64,000 nt of DNA, from NCBI GenBank assembly GCA_026936335.1, contig JAPMXV010000018.1:62001-126000 (forward strand), read 5' to 3'. Below, piece by piece: positions 12,060-22,651 of this stretch (its first letter is position 1; each line of letters starts with the position of its first letter). A program made the position numbers and the translations under genes. The DNA comes from Mantamonas sphyraenae STR306 (taxonomy: Eukaryota; Protista; CRuMs). The notes under the pieces are model-generated. The model did no database searches. It was given only the letters and a program-made list of their open reading frames with translations, and had not been told where the DNA came from.

Positions 12060-13078
12060 ATGTCTTCTGCCGCCCCTGGCATTCTTGCCTACTTTGTGGA
12101 CAACGAACAAGTGTTCTTTCAGTACTATGTTGCTGGTTGGCTGGCCATGGCTGCCTTTCTCCTCGTCGTCCTGGTGTTTGTCACCGCCCCACACGGCAAG
12201 CACGCCAGCTCCGGGTACGTCGTCCCCCTTTCCCTGCCCGACGCATAGTTCCCCTCCCATGCCTTCTTCCCATCCACTCCCTCTTTCACTGCACCCCGTG
12301 CTGCCTCTCGTCCCACGCGCGGCAAAACCCTCCGGGGCCCATCACTCTGACACACCCATCGCCCCCCACACACGGCCACAGTTGGGGTCCCGAGCTGCCC
12401 GACCAACGATTGGGCTGGGTGCTCATGGAGGCCCCTGCTCCACTCCTGGCCACCTACTTCTACACGCTGAGTGCTCCCGAGCAGCGCACCTTGACGACAA
12501 AGGTGTTTTTCGCCATGTTTATGCTGCACTACGTCCACCGTGCCTTTATCTATCCGCTCAACATGCGTGGCAAGAAGAGCATGCCTGTGCTCATCATGCT
12601 CTCTGCCCTCTGCTTCAACCTCTGCAGTGGATACCTCAACGGCCGCAGCCTGTTCCATTTCGCCCCAGCACGCGACGATGCATACCTCACCTCGCCCCAG
12701 TTCCTCGTCGGGCTCGCTCTCTTTGCCATTGGCATGTTTGTCAACATCCAAAGCGACTACATTCTGCTCAACCTCCGCAAGCCTGGCGAAACCGGCTACA
12801 AAATCCCGCACGGAGGCCTCTACGAGTACGTCTCTGCTCCCAACTACGCTGGCGAGTGCCTCGAGTGGCTCGGCTACGCACTGGCCACCTGGTATCCCCT
12901 GTTTCCCATCGACTCCTTTGGCGGCATCCTCTCCTGGGCCTCGCCTGGACTCGCTTTTGCTCTCATGATCATCGTCACCATCGCCCCGCGCGGCTACAAA
13001 TCCCACCAGTGGTACCTCGCCAAGTTCAAGGAAGACTACCCGGCCCAACGTAAGGCTCTCATCCCGTATCTGTTGTGA
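12060..13078 (+). CDS. steroid 5-alpha-reductase family (SRD5A/DET2-like)
   Basis: Intron 12215-12381 (GTACGT..CAG). Motifs GWVLMEAP, HYVHRAFIYP, SDYILLNLRKPGETGYKIPHGGLYEYVSAPNYAGECLEW, HQWYLAKF.DYP..RKALIP. Confidence 0.92.
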
Positions 13079-13126
13079 ATGCACTTCATGTGGCGCTGGT
13101 CAATCCAAACAAACAAGTGCCCCACG

Positions 13127-13959
13127 ATGGTTGTTGGCTACCCTCTCCCCATTTGTCATCTTCAGCCCCGGCCCCCCCTTGCAACCCTCTTACACGCTTT
13201 TCCTTCCTTCCATCGGTCACATTCCTGCAGTACTCGCGTATTTTTAACCAGTTGCCCGCCAAGAAGAAGGCTGAGACTACGCCGTCCTCGTCGTCGTCGG
13301 ACACTCCCTCCGCGTCCACCTCCCAAGGATCCTCTGCCAGCATGAGCACAACGAGCAACCAAAACAAGCCGCGTCGACGCCCCACACTCGTCCGCATGCA
13401 GCCACGTGCTCTCAAGGTGACGCCCAAGCCGGCCGCCGCAAGTGCACCGGTTGCCTCTGCAGCTTCTGCCTCGTCTTCCTCGTCAGCAAGCAGCAGTACA
13501 CACACCAGCTCCGTCGCCAGCTCCGCATCCAGCACAGACACCAGCATGGACGACACCACTACCACACACACACCCATCCAGACTGCAGACGCACCCAACG
13601 CCGACTGGGGCACCTTTGACGACCCCTACGATCCGTTCCGCCCCAACGACTTTGACATGATTGCCGCCACCGAGGAGGAGGAAGCCCAAAAGGCACGTCA
13701 GGCCCAGTCCATGCCAGTGTTTGACCCGCATGCACAGCCAGAACCGCTCAAACGTCCCAGGCTCGACCTCAATGCAACCGCGGAGGACGTCCTACGACAG
13801 CGTCAGCTCCTCTCCATGGGCATGGGTGCTTCGATGCACACGGACATGTCCATGTCTGCGTCCAGGGACCCCTACGGGTTTGACGACATGATCGATGACG
13901 TCATGGGCACCAAGAAACGCCAGCGCATCCAACCCGACCTCGCCCCGTCTTCCCCATGA
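13127..13959 (+). CDS. low-complexity ORF with an SPF45/RBM17-like YDPxRPND motif; possibly the 5' part of the next gene
   Basis: DPYDPFRPNDF motif, but no G-patch or UHM domain seen. Start is tentative: an ATG-only exon 13127-13129 and intron 13130-13230 with an atypical GTTGTT donor. Confidence 0.45.
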
Positions 13960-15926
13960 CGAAGCGATTGCGTTTCGAACACGATCTCCTCGACGGACTT
14001 CCGTTTGACGAGCACGACCATCACGACGTGCGTCACGCAGACGAATGCGAGGAGTCCATAGAAGACGACGACAACGACCACGGCGACGGCGAGAGCCAAC
14101 ACGCCCTCCACCACACCAAGCGTGCAAGGTTGTCCGACTTTGTGCAAAGCAGCCTCCTCGTACACACACGCAAGGCCAAACCGTTGTCGTTCCGTCGCTC
14201 CCCAAGCGCCTCCAGCAAGAACCTCGAGATGATGCGCAACCCGAGACTCAAGGCCAAGTAAGTGCACCACTCGGACCCCGACCTTCCCTGCCACCACACC
14301 TGTCCCACGCATATCTTTGTTCCACGCATCCACATGCCTACGTCTGCTGCCGCACTCCTCTGTGGGCTCGTCACCAGCCTCTCGCGCCAACTTGGCGCCA
14401 AAAACACGGGCATCAGCGCTCACACGGCTCACTGCGCTTGAAGGATGATTGGAAGCGTAGCACAGGTGTGGCACATGCAGTACAATGGCAGCGTTGGCCA
14501 CAGCGCGCGCATGAACGCACACATGCGTGCTGTACACTGCCTGAACGCAGGTCAACTCGTGCTCGACATTGCCGCGCCACGCAGGCCGTACCTGGCCAGC
14601 TACGTGCACATGCAACAAAGCGCAAGCGTGTACAACACACCTGCTCCGCAGTCCATGGCCTTTGACAAGGCCGGCGAGCTGTTGCTGCTGTCCAACAAAC
14701 TGGGCCACACCTTGTACCATTTCGAACACCTCCTCGACGCACACGGAACGCACGCTTTTGACACGCAAGCATGGCACGACAAACAGCGCACAAAGTGGAT
14801 GGCGCAGTGCGACAAAGACAGCCTCGTGGACCAGTGGTGGGCTGACAAGCCCCTGCACATGAATGTGGCCCGCGGCAACTTTGTCGCCCCGCGCGACCTT
14901 GCCGTCTCCCCGCAACACATCCTCCACTTGCCTCACCTGGGCACCCTCTCCTCTCTTCAGTGGAACCCCACCGCCTCCGCAGAAATCCTCACCGCCCCTC
15001 GCTTCCTCTCCACGCTCCAGCTGTTTGACCTCGAAATCTGCCAGCACGACAAGCCCACCCTCGAACTCCGCTTTGACTCCCCGTGCACATCCGCAACCTT
15101 TGTACCTGACGCTCACCTCGTCGTCGGCGCCTCTCGTGCACGCAACATCTCCCTCTATGATGCTCGGGTCAGCATCACCAAACCGCGCAAGCGACTCAAG
15201 ACTCCGTACACACACGACTCTCTCCTCGCTTGCGGTACCAAGCTTGTCACAGGCACTACCTCGGGTCACATTGTCCTTTACGACCTGCGATTCCCGCAAC
15301 GCCAGCTCAAAGTGTACAACTGGCTTGAACAGAGCGCCAAAAGCACCTCGGTCGAGTACATCACAAACTCCTGGCGCAGCAAACCTAACCAATCGGCCAT
15401 TCTCTCTTTGTGCCTCAGTCCAAACCCGCGCACACCAGACCTCGTGGCCTTTCACGCAGAAAACGACGTCGTCGGACAAATCGACCTCACCGACGGCTCC
15501 GTACTCTCACTTGTCTCGCCCAACGCCTCTCCGCTGGTCTCCCAGGAGTCAAGCACTTCCTCCTCCTCCTCCTCCTCCTCTCTTTCTTCTTCCTCCTCCT
15601 CCTCTTCTGTACCAGGAAACACCATGTCCGATGCCGAGCGCAGAGCAGAAGTGCTCCAACAGATCAACACCATGTATCGCTTTGCCAACTTTACCAAGCG
15701 CACCGCCTCGTTCTACAACGCTTCTCCCAATGCAAACCTGTTTGCAGCGCCAACCCGCCTGGGCGAAGGCATGCTGGTTGACTTTGGCAACAATTCGATG
15801 GACACAGCTCACCTTTTGGGGTCCATTCACAGTCCACTGCCCATCACAAATCTCTGCGCACATCCAACCTATCCGTACATGCTCCTGGGTGCCCTCGATG
15901 ACTCGCTCATCCTCGCAGGTCTCTGA
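13956..15926 (+). CDS. WD40-like beta-propeller protein with DxR motifs (DCAF-like)
   Basis: Intron 14258-14443 (GTAAGT..CTCAC..AAG) joins ORFs 13956 and 14445 in phase. Blade-like segments NISLYDAR and LVTGTTSGHIVLYDLR. Confidence 0.65.
14383..14404. promoter_or_regulatory. paired E2F-like sites in the WD40 gene intron
   Basis: CGCGCCAA-C-TTGGCGCCAAAAA, including TTTGGCGC on the minus strand. Confidence 0.35.
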
Positions 15927-15954
15927 CTGGACCACCTCCCTCAGCTCTCTGCCC

Positions 15955-18858
15955 TCACGAGAAATCAAACCCTTCGCACCCCTCTCGCACTGCAGTCAGG
16001 ATCCTGGCTTCCATGATGTGAAACTCCGGATACTCGGGAATCTTGAGGGTGTTGAAACACGTGGCCGCGCTCGGCAGGTCCCACTCCTCGCTGTCGCTGC
16101 CCTTGCTGCGCACCTTGAGGCGTGGGTTCAAGTCCGCAAAGCCATTCAGCGGGATCTGCGACGTTCCTGTGATAAACTGCAACAGTTTTGCTCGGTCTTC
16201 GTTGCCCATGTTGTCCACAATGAGCCAGAACCACTCCCGCACCTGGCTGCTCAGCCCCTCCATCGTCGTGTGCTTCCGCATGTCCTTCACATCCACCACC
16301 GGCGATCCCGAAATCAGCAGCTCCAGTTCTTGTTCGTCAAACAGTGCAATCAGATTCTCCGGAAGCACGCTGTAGAACCCGGTGCAGAATGCTTCGATCT
16401 GTGCCTTGGCACGCACTCGGAACGTGTGGTCGGCCAGCATCTGCAAAAACTCCCACTTGTTGCCGTCCGTCACTGCCATTTTGTCGCCCCCCTTGCGCAA
16501 TGGCGTCTCCACAACCTTGCCGTCCACCGTCTCGCTCGCGACAAACGTCATATCCAGGTCCTCCACACTGTGCTCCAGGATGTATCGCATCGACGTGTAC
16601 GTTTGCGGTTGATCCTGTGCGAAATCCGAAAAGCTCACCGGAATGCCACACACCTGCTTGCGGAACGAACGTGTGAACGAACACGGGATCAAATGCGCAC
16701 GGCCCACCGTCGTGTCCCAAATCGACTTGGCCACAAATCGCCCGGCAAACTCAAACAGCTCCAGCGACCGGTCGCTCTTGCCAAAGAATCCCTTGCGCGT
16801 CACCTTGAACTCTGGGTTGGGGTGCATCAACGACGAGTCCGACTGCTCCTCGTCCAGCGGCACAAACATCCCGTCCCCGCTGCGGTCGCCAAACATGGCC
16901 TTGGCCAGCAGCGTGAACCACTCGCGCGACAGACCGCCTGCATCCACACCTGGTTCGCCTTTGAAGCGAACACGAAACTCTCGCCTCCACTGCACACCCG
17001 TCAGTGACTCCAGTGCCTTTTGGCTGCTCTCGATCAGGTTGTTGCGGTCCACCTCCAGGACCACCCGTTGCGACGAAACATTGAGCGGCATGATCTGCTC
17101 CTTCAGTTTCCTACGACGCGACTCAAGGTTCTCTGCACAGCCGCTGTCCCGATGATGCATAAACACGCCGGTCAGCAGCACCGGCAGGTTGATCTGATCC
17201 AAGCTTGCGTTCTTGATTGTCGTCGACAGCTTTTGTACGCGCAGTTTCATCACATTCCGCGTGTCGCTGATCATCAGACACTCCATGTCGCCTTCCACAG
17301 GTCGCATAAGCACACTGCGACGCACCTTGAAACTCGCCAGCCTCCACGTCGGGAACAGCGAGTCGAACATCTTCCAGAAGCTGTTCTCCACCACGTACAT
17401 CTGCGCATCGCTCAGCACACACTCCACTTCCTTGCCCTCCTTCACCATGGCATGCTCTTCTCGTACAAGCGACGGGGATGCCGATGATGAGGACGACGAT
17501 GAGGACGACGAGCTTCCCTCGCCTCCTCCCTCGTCTCCTTCCACATCGTCCACCGGCAGCTGCATCCCCAGCTGCGAAAAGTATTCCAGCGTAGCCACAA
17601 ACTTGATGGGTTCTCCGGCCGCCACAGCTTGTGTGATGGCGTAGCGCTCAAAGGCGTTGAGTACCAGGAAGCTGCTGGTGTTGACCACAAGCTGCACGTC
17701 GCCGTAGGTCACGCTGGGTACTTGGAATCCGCTCTCCGTACACGTAAACAGCATGTCATAAGTGCCATTGGCATTGTCCACTGGTACACAGGTGCACGTG
17801 CGTCCGTTCAACGTCAACGCCAGCCGGCTGGGATCCAGACAACTCTCCCGGATCTCGTTTCCATGTGCGTCGCGACATTTGACCACCAGAGTCAACGGGG
17901 TGTTTTGAAGATGGAGTGCCACCCCAGCGTCCACCTGCTCCTCGCCAGAGCCCCCGTGCTCGTCTCCCGTCGCCTTCAGCTCCACGCGCGACACCGACGG
18001 CTCAAAGTCCCCCGCAATGGCGGTGACCATCTGTTGACTCACGCGTTTTGGGCCCAACCATACACTGACACGATAGACGCCCATCTTGCGCACGACAAAC
18101 TCGCTGCGCAGGCTCTCCACACGTCGTTCCTGGGACTTTGACGCCGCACTCTTTCCGTCCACTTGGCCACCTGCCGCACTCCGCCGTTGCGCATCATCCA
18201 CACCATCACTCGTCCCCTGTGCACTGTTGTCATCCTTCTTGCTCTGCTCCACACGCACTTCCTGCGTCGAATTGGCCAGCCACGAGACGCGCACCGGCGA
18301 CGGAACAACCGAATTCGGCCCGGAATCCACACGCACCTGCCACTCGTCCACGCGCGCCTTGGATTCACTCACGGGGTCGCCGTCGTATGTCACAGGACGC
18401 ACCTCCACTGTGTACGCCTTGCCCGCACGCACGGTATCGGGCACCGTCACCACATCGGAGAGCAGATCCATCTCGTCGCCGTTCGACACCACCTGCACAG
18501 AGTGAAACAACGTGGTTGTCACGGGATGTTCCGACACAGAGCGGGACACTGCACGGCGAAGACGACTTCGCATGGGCAGGAAGCAAAAGAGCAACACCAG
18601 GCAGCTGATGATGCGGAGCCAGTTGTCCACGAGGTAGCGAATCAAGAGGACAGCCACGTTCAACGTAAGCACCCCACGCACCTTGCGCCACTTGCGCATC
18701 ATGACAGCGTACGCAACAAACGGAATGCTTCCCCAAGGGAGAATCTCCACGAGCATTCCCACGAGTGTCGACAACGCACGATTGCCCGTCTCGGACGCGG
18801 TCACAATCGCCACCAGCACCCAGGGCACACGGGATGACCAGAAATTGTTCCCTTGCAT
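15955..18858 (-). CDS. HECT E3 ligase with N-terminal TM segments and filamin/Ig-like repeats (AREL1-like)
   Basis: Hydrophobic N-terminus, VRAGKAYTVEV and VKCRDAHGN...DNANGTY filamin-like segments. HECT motifs FKGEPGVDAGGLSREWF and LPSAATCFNTL. ATG at 18858, 967 aa. Confidence 0.85.
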   Translation of the reverse strand: MQGNNFWSSRVPWVLVAIVTASETGNRALSTLVGMLVEILPWGSIPFVAYAVMMRKWRKVRGVLTLNVAVLLIRYLVDNWLRIISCLVLLFCFLPMRSRLRRAVSRSVSEHPVTTTLFHSVQVVSNGDEMDLLSDVVTVPDTVRAGKAYTVEVRPVTYDGDPVSESKARVDEWQVRVDSGPNSVVPSPVRVSWLANSTQEVRVEQSKKDDNSAQGTSDGVDDAQRRSAAGGQVDGKSAASKSQERRVESLRSEFVVRKMGVYRVSVWLGPKRVSQQMVTAIAGDFEPSVSRVELKATGDEHGGSGEEQVDAGVALHLQNTPLTLVVKCRDAHGNEIRESCLDPSRLALTLNGRTCTCVPVDNANGTYDMLFTCTESGFQVPSVTYGDVQLVVNTSSFLVLNAFERYAITQAVAAGEPIKFVATLEYFSQLGMQLPVDDVEGDEGGGEGSSSSSSSSSSSASPSLVREEHAMVKEGKEVECVLSDAQMYVVENSFWKMFDSLFPTWRLASFKVRRSVLMRPVEGDMECLMISDTRNVMKLRVQKLSTTIKNASLDQINLPVLLTGVFMHHRDSGCAENLESRRRKLKEQIMPLNVSSQRVVLEVDRNNLIESSQKALESLTGVQWRREFRVRFKGEPGVDAGGLSREWFTLLAKAMFGDRSGDGMFVPLDEEQSDSSLMHPNPEFKVTRKGFFGKSDRSLELFEFAGRFVAKSIWDTTVGRAHLIPCSFTRSFRKQVCGIPVSFSDFAQDQPQTYTSMRYILEHSVEDLDMTFVASETVDGKVVETPLRKGGDKMAVTDGNKWEFLQMLADHTFRVRAKAQIEAFCTGFYSVLPENLIALFDEQELELLISGSPVVDVKDMRKHTTMEGLSSQVREWFWLIVDNMGNEDRAKLLQFITGTSQIPLNGFADLNPRLKVRSKGSDSEEWDLPSAATCFNTLKIPEYPEFHIMEARILTAVREGCEGFDFS

Positions 18859-18964
18859 CCTTTGCACGATGGTGTGTGTGGGTGGTTGTGGGTGTGGTGT
18901 CAACGGGTATGTTTTGCGCGACCTGCGCCGCACTTGCCAACGCCGTCTCCCCTTTCCCCATCCA

Positions 18965-21900
18965 ATGTCCAAAGGCGCCGTCCACCCCGTGTCCAACTCG
19001 GGTGAAGCCACGCCAGAGGTGGACCCCTCTGTGTTGGCCAAATTCTCAATCGATGGGGCCACACTGGAAAACCTCCTGACCACCAGCGCCCTCAGTGAGC
19101 TCGACGCCGTCAACGGCACCAAGGGAGTTCTCGATGGACTCGCCATCGACCCTGAAGTGGGCGTCCTTGGCGACGAGGATGTTTATCAGCGCAAAATCGT
19201 GTATGTTGCCCTCTCTCCTCCCAAGCGTGCCAATGTAGCTCGGGCGTCTCGGCCACGATCCTTCGAACACAACCGTTGTGTGCTTGCGCCCTCCATGCTC
19301 CTCCCACACGCTCCCTTCCACCTCCATACGTGCACCTCATGTGTATACCCGTACTTTCTTTACCCTCGCCCGTGTGGACGTTCCCTGTGTGCTCTCCTTC
19401 CGTCTCCGGAGCGTGCCAAACCACTGACCCGACGAGTCGGCCGTTGGCCCTCTGCAGATTCGGCCCTAACGAGTTCCCCGAGCCCCCGCACGCCTCGCTC
19501 CTCATGCTCTTCCTGGAAGCACTCAAGGACCCAACTCTGATTATTCTCGTACGTCCCGTGCCTTTCTCCCCACCTGAGCATCATCTCTACGTGTGCAGTG
19601 ACCCCGCCAAGCAGTCCGCGGTGATCGCAGGCCTCCAAACGTCTTTTGCCCCATTCCGAACCTGTGTTCCACGCTCCACCCTTGGTCATCCCTGTGGTGG
19701 GACACATCGCATCGTGTTTTCTGCGATGGCCCACGTGGCACCACGGCGGCGGGGAAAAAACCAGCCGCCAGCGCGGCTCCGGCGCCTTTTTCTCACACAC
19801 AACAACCTGACACACTGAACCCCACACACACACACACACACACACGCGTACACAGAGTGTCGCCGCGTCGGTGTCGCTTGGCCTGGGCCTTGCTTTCCAT
19901 CCGGAAGATGGCTGGATCGAAGGCATGGCCATCCTGGTGGCTGTGCTGATTGTGAGCATGGTCACAGCCGTCAATGACTTTCAGAAGGAGAAGCAATTCC
20001 GCGCCCTCAACGACGTCAAGAACGACCGCGTGATCAAAGTCATCCGCCAGGGCGAACAGACAACCACCTCCATCATGGACATTGTCGTAGGTGACATTGT
20101 TATCCTGGAGAACGGTGATTGGGTGCCTGCTGACGGCCTCTTTCTTGCCGACTACGGCTTCAACTGCGAGTGCGACGAGAGTGGCCTCACGGGAGAGAGC
20201 ATCAGTGTGCCCAAGAACGAGGATCGGCCCTTTATGCTGTCTGGCACCAAGGTGACCGACGGCGTGGGCCGCATGGTTGTCACGGGCGTCGGCGTGCAAA
20301 CCGAGTGGGGACGTACCCTGGCCAGCCTCAACCAAGAGCAAGACCCGACTCCATTGCAGGACAAGCTCGAGGTGCTGGCCAACAACATCGGCAAGATCGG
20401 TGTGGTGGTCGCTGTGGCCACGATGCTCGTGCAGATCATCTCCTGGCTCATCATCTACTCTGTCAACAACACGCCCTTCACCACCGCCGACTCGCTCGAG
20501 CGTGTCGTCGACTCGTTCATCATTGCCGTCACCATTGTCGTCGTGGCCGTGCCCGAGGGTCTGCCTCTCGCCGTCACCATCTCCCTGGCTTACTCCATGA
20601 AGAAGATGATGGCCGACAACAACCTGGTGCGCAAGCTCGAAGCTTGTGAGACCATGGGCGGTGCCACAAACATCTGTTCCGACAAAACAGGCACCCTCAC
20701 GGAGAACATCATGACGGTGACGCGCGGCTGGATCGCAGACACCTTTTACGACGACCTGACCACGCACCAGTCCATCCACGAGCGTGTCATGTACCTGTAC
20801 ACCACAGGCATTGCCGTCAACTCCAAGGCCTTTTTCGAGGTGCGTGAGGAGGGCGGCCGTCCAGACGTCAGCGGCAACAAGACCGAGGGTGCCCTCCTGC
20901 TCAACATCCAGCAGGTGTTTGGCCACGATTACAAGAGTTTGCGCAAGAGCAACGTCGTGCACAAGCTCTACACCTTTGACGCCCAACGCAAGGCCATGAG
21001 CACCATGGTCGTGGTGGACAACGAGCCCGCGCAGTTCCGTCTCTACGTCAAGGGGGCCGCCGAGCGCGTGCTGGCCAACTGCAGCAACTATCTCAGTCCC
21101 ACAGGCGAGGTGTTGGCCCTGCCTGAAGCCAAGCACAGCGAGCTGACCACCATCATCGACCAGATGGCCAGCAGCGGTCTGCGATGCCTCTCTCTGGCCT
21201 ACCGTGACTTTGCTGAGGACCAGGGCGACGCATGGGACAGGGCCCCCGAGGAAGAACTCACCCTCATTGGCATTGTGGGCATTGTGGATCCCGTGCGTGC
21301 CGCCGTGCCCCAGGCCGTTGCCGATTGCCAGTCGGCCGGCATCATTGTGCGCATGGTGACTGGCGACAACCTGCTCACAGCCACACACATTGCACGCGAG
21401 TGCGGCATCCTTACCGACGATGGTATCACCATCCAGGGGCCCGACTTTCGCAAGATGACCACCGAGCAGATGGATGCCATCCTGCCTCGCCTGCAGGTCA
21501 TGGCCCGCTCCGCACCCACCGACAAGTTCATTCTGGTGCACCGTCTGCGAGAGCTGGGTGAGGTGGTGGCTGTCACGGGCGACGGCACCAACGACGCCCC
21601 TGCCCTCAAGGAAGCCGACGTCGGCCTGTCCATGGGCATTGCCGGCACGGAAGTGGCCAAGGAGGCATCCGACATCGTCATTCTCGACGACAACTTTTCG
21701 TCCATTGTCAAGAGTGTCATGTGGGGCCGCTCCGTGTACGACAACATCAAGAAGTTCTTGCAGTTCCAGCTGACCATCAACCTGGTTTCGCTGATGGTTG
21801 CCTTTGTCGGAGCCCTTGCCCAATTTGGCACGCCCCTCAAGGCCATCCAGCTGCTGTGGGTCAACCTCATCATGGACACCCTGGCCGCTCTGGCCCTGGG

Positions 21901-22483
21901 CACAGAGATGCCCACGCCCGCTTTGCTCCAGCGCAAGCCCTACGGCCGCAACGACCGTCTGATCACACGCCTCATGTGGCGCAACATGCTCGGTCAGGCT
22001 GCTTATCAGCTGGTCGTCCAGTTTGTCATTCTTTTTGCAGGGCCGGCCATCTTTGGCGTCGTGGACTCGTCCGTGCGGCACTTTACCATCCTTTTCAACG
22101 CGTTTGTGTTTATGCAGGTCTTCAACGAAATCAACTCGCGCAAGGTCAACGGCGAGTTCAACGTCTTTGAGGGCTTCTTTGACAACTTTCTCTTTTCCGG
22201 CGTGATCATCTTCACCGTGGTGGCGCAGGTGTTTATCGTCGAGTTTGGCGGAAGCTTCTTCAGCACCACAGGCCTTCTGTGGAGCGACTGGCTCTTCTGC
22301 TTGGGTGTCGGCATCTTCTCCCTGCCATGGGGTATGGTTGTTCGCCTCATCCCTGTCGAGCAGGAGGAGTACATGAAGGAAGCTCCCCAGAAGCCCGAGC
22401 GCTTCGAGCAGACGCCCGCCGTCAAGACTGTGGAGATGGATGTCATCACGGAGCAGCCGCATGACAAGGAGACCGAAGCCTGA
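18965..22483 (+). CDS. P2B (PMCA/Pmc1-type) Ca2+-ATPase
   Basis: Exons 18965-19200, 19458-19548, 19856-22483. VAVPEGLPLAVT, ICSDKTGTLT, TGDGTNDAPAL, QLLWVNLIMDT, FNEINSRK. Confidence 0.95.
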
Positions 22484-22651
22484 TCAGTGCGCCGCCTCTC
22501 TTTGGTCACACACCCGCCTTCGTTTGGCAACGCATTGATTGCACAGCAAGACCCAACCCTCCACACACCCACATGCACAAACCACACACAAACCACACAC
22601 ACATACACACACATGCCAAGAAATGAAGGATGTGGTTTTCATCGCTCTGCA

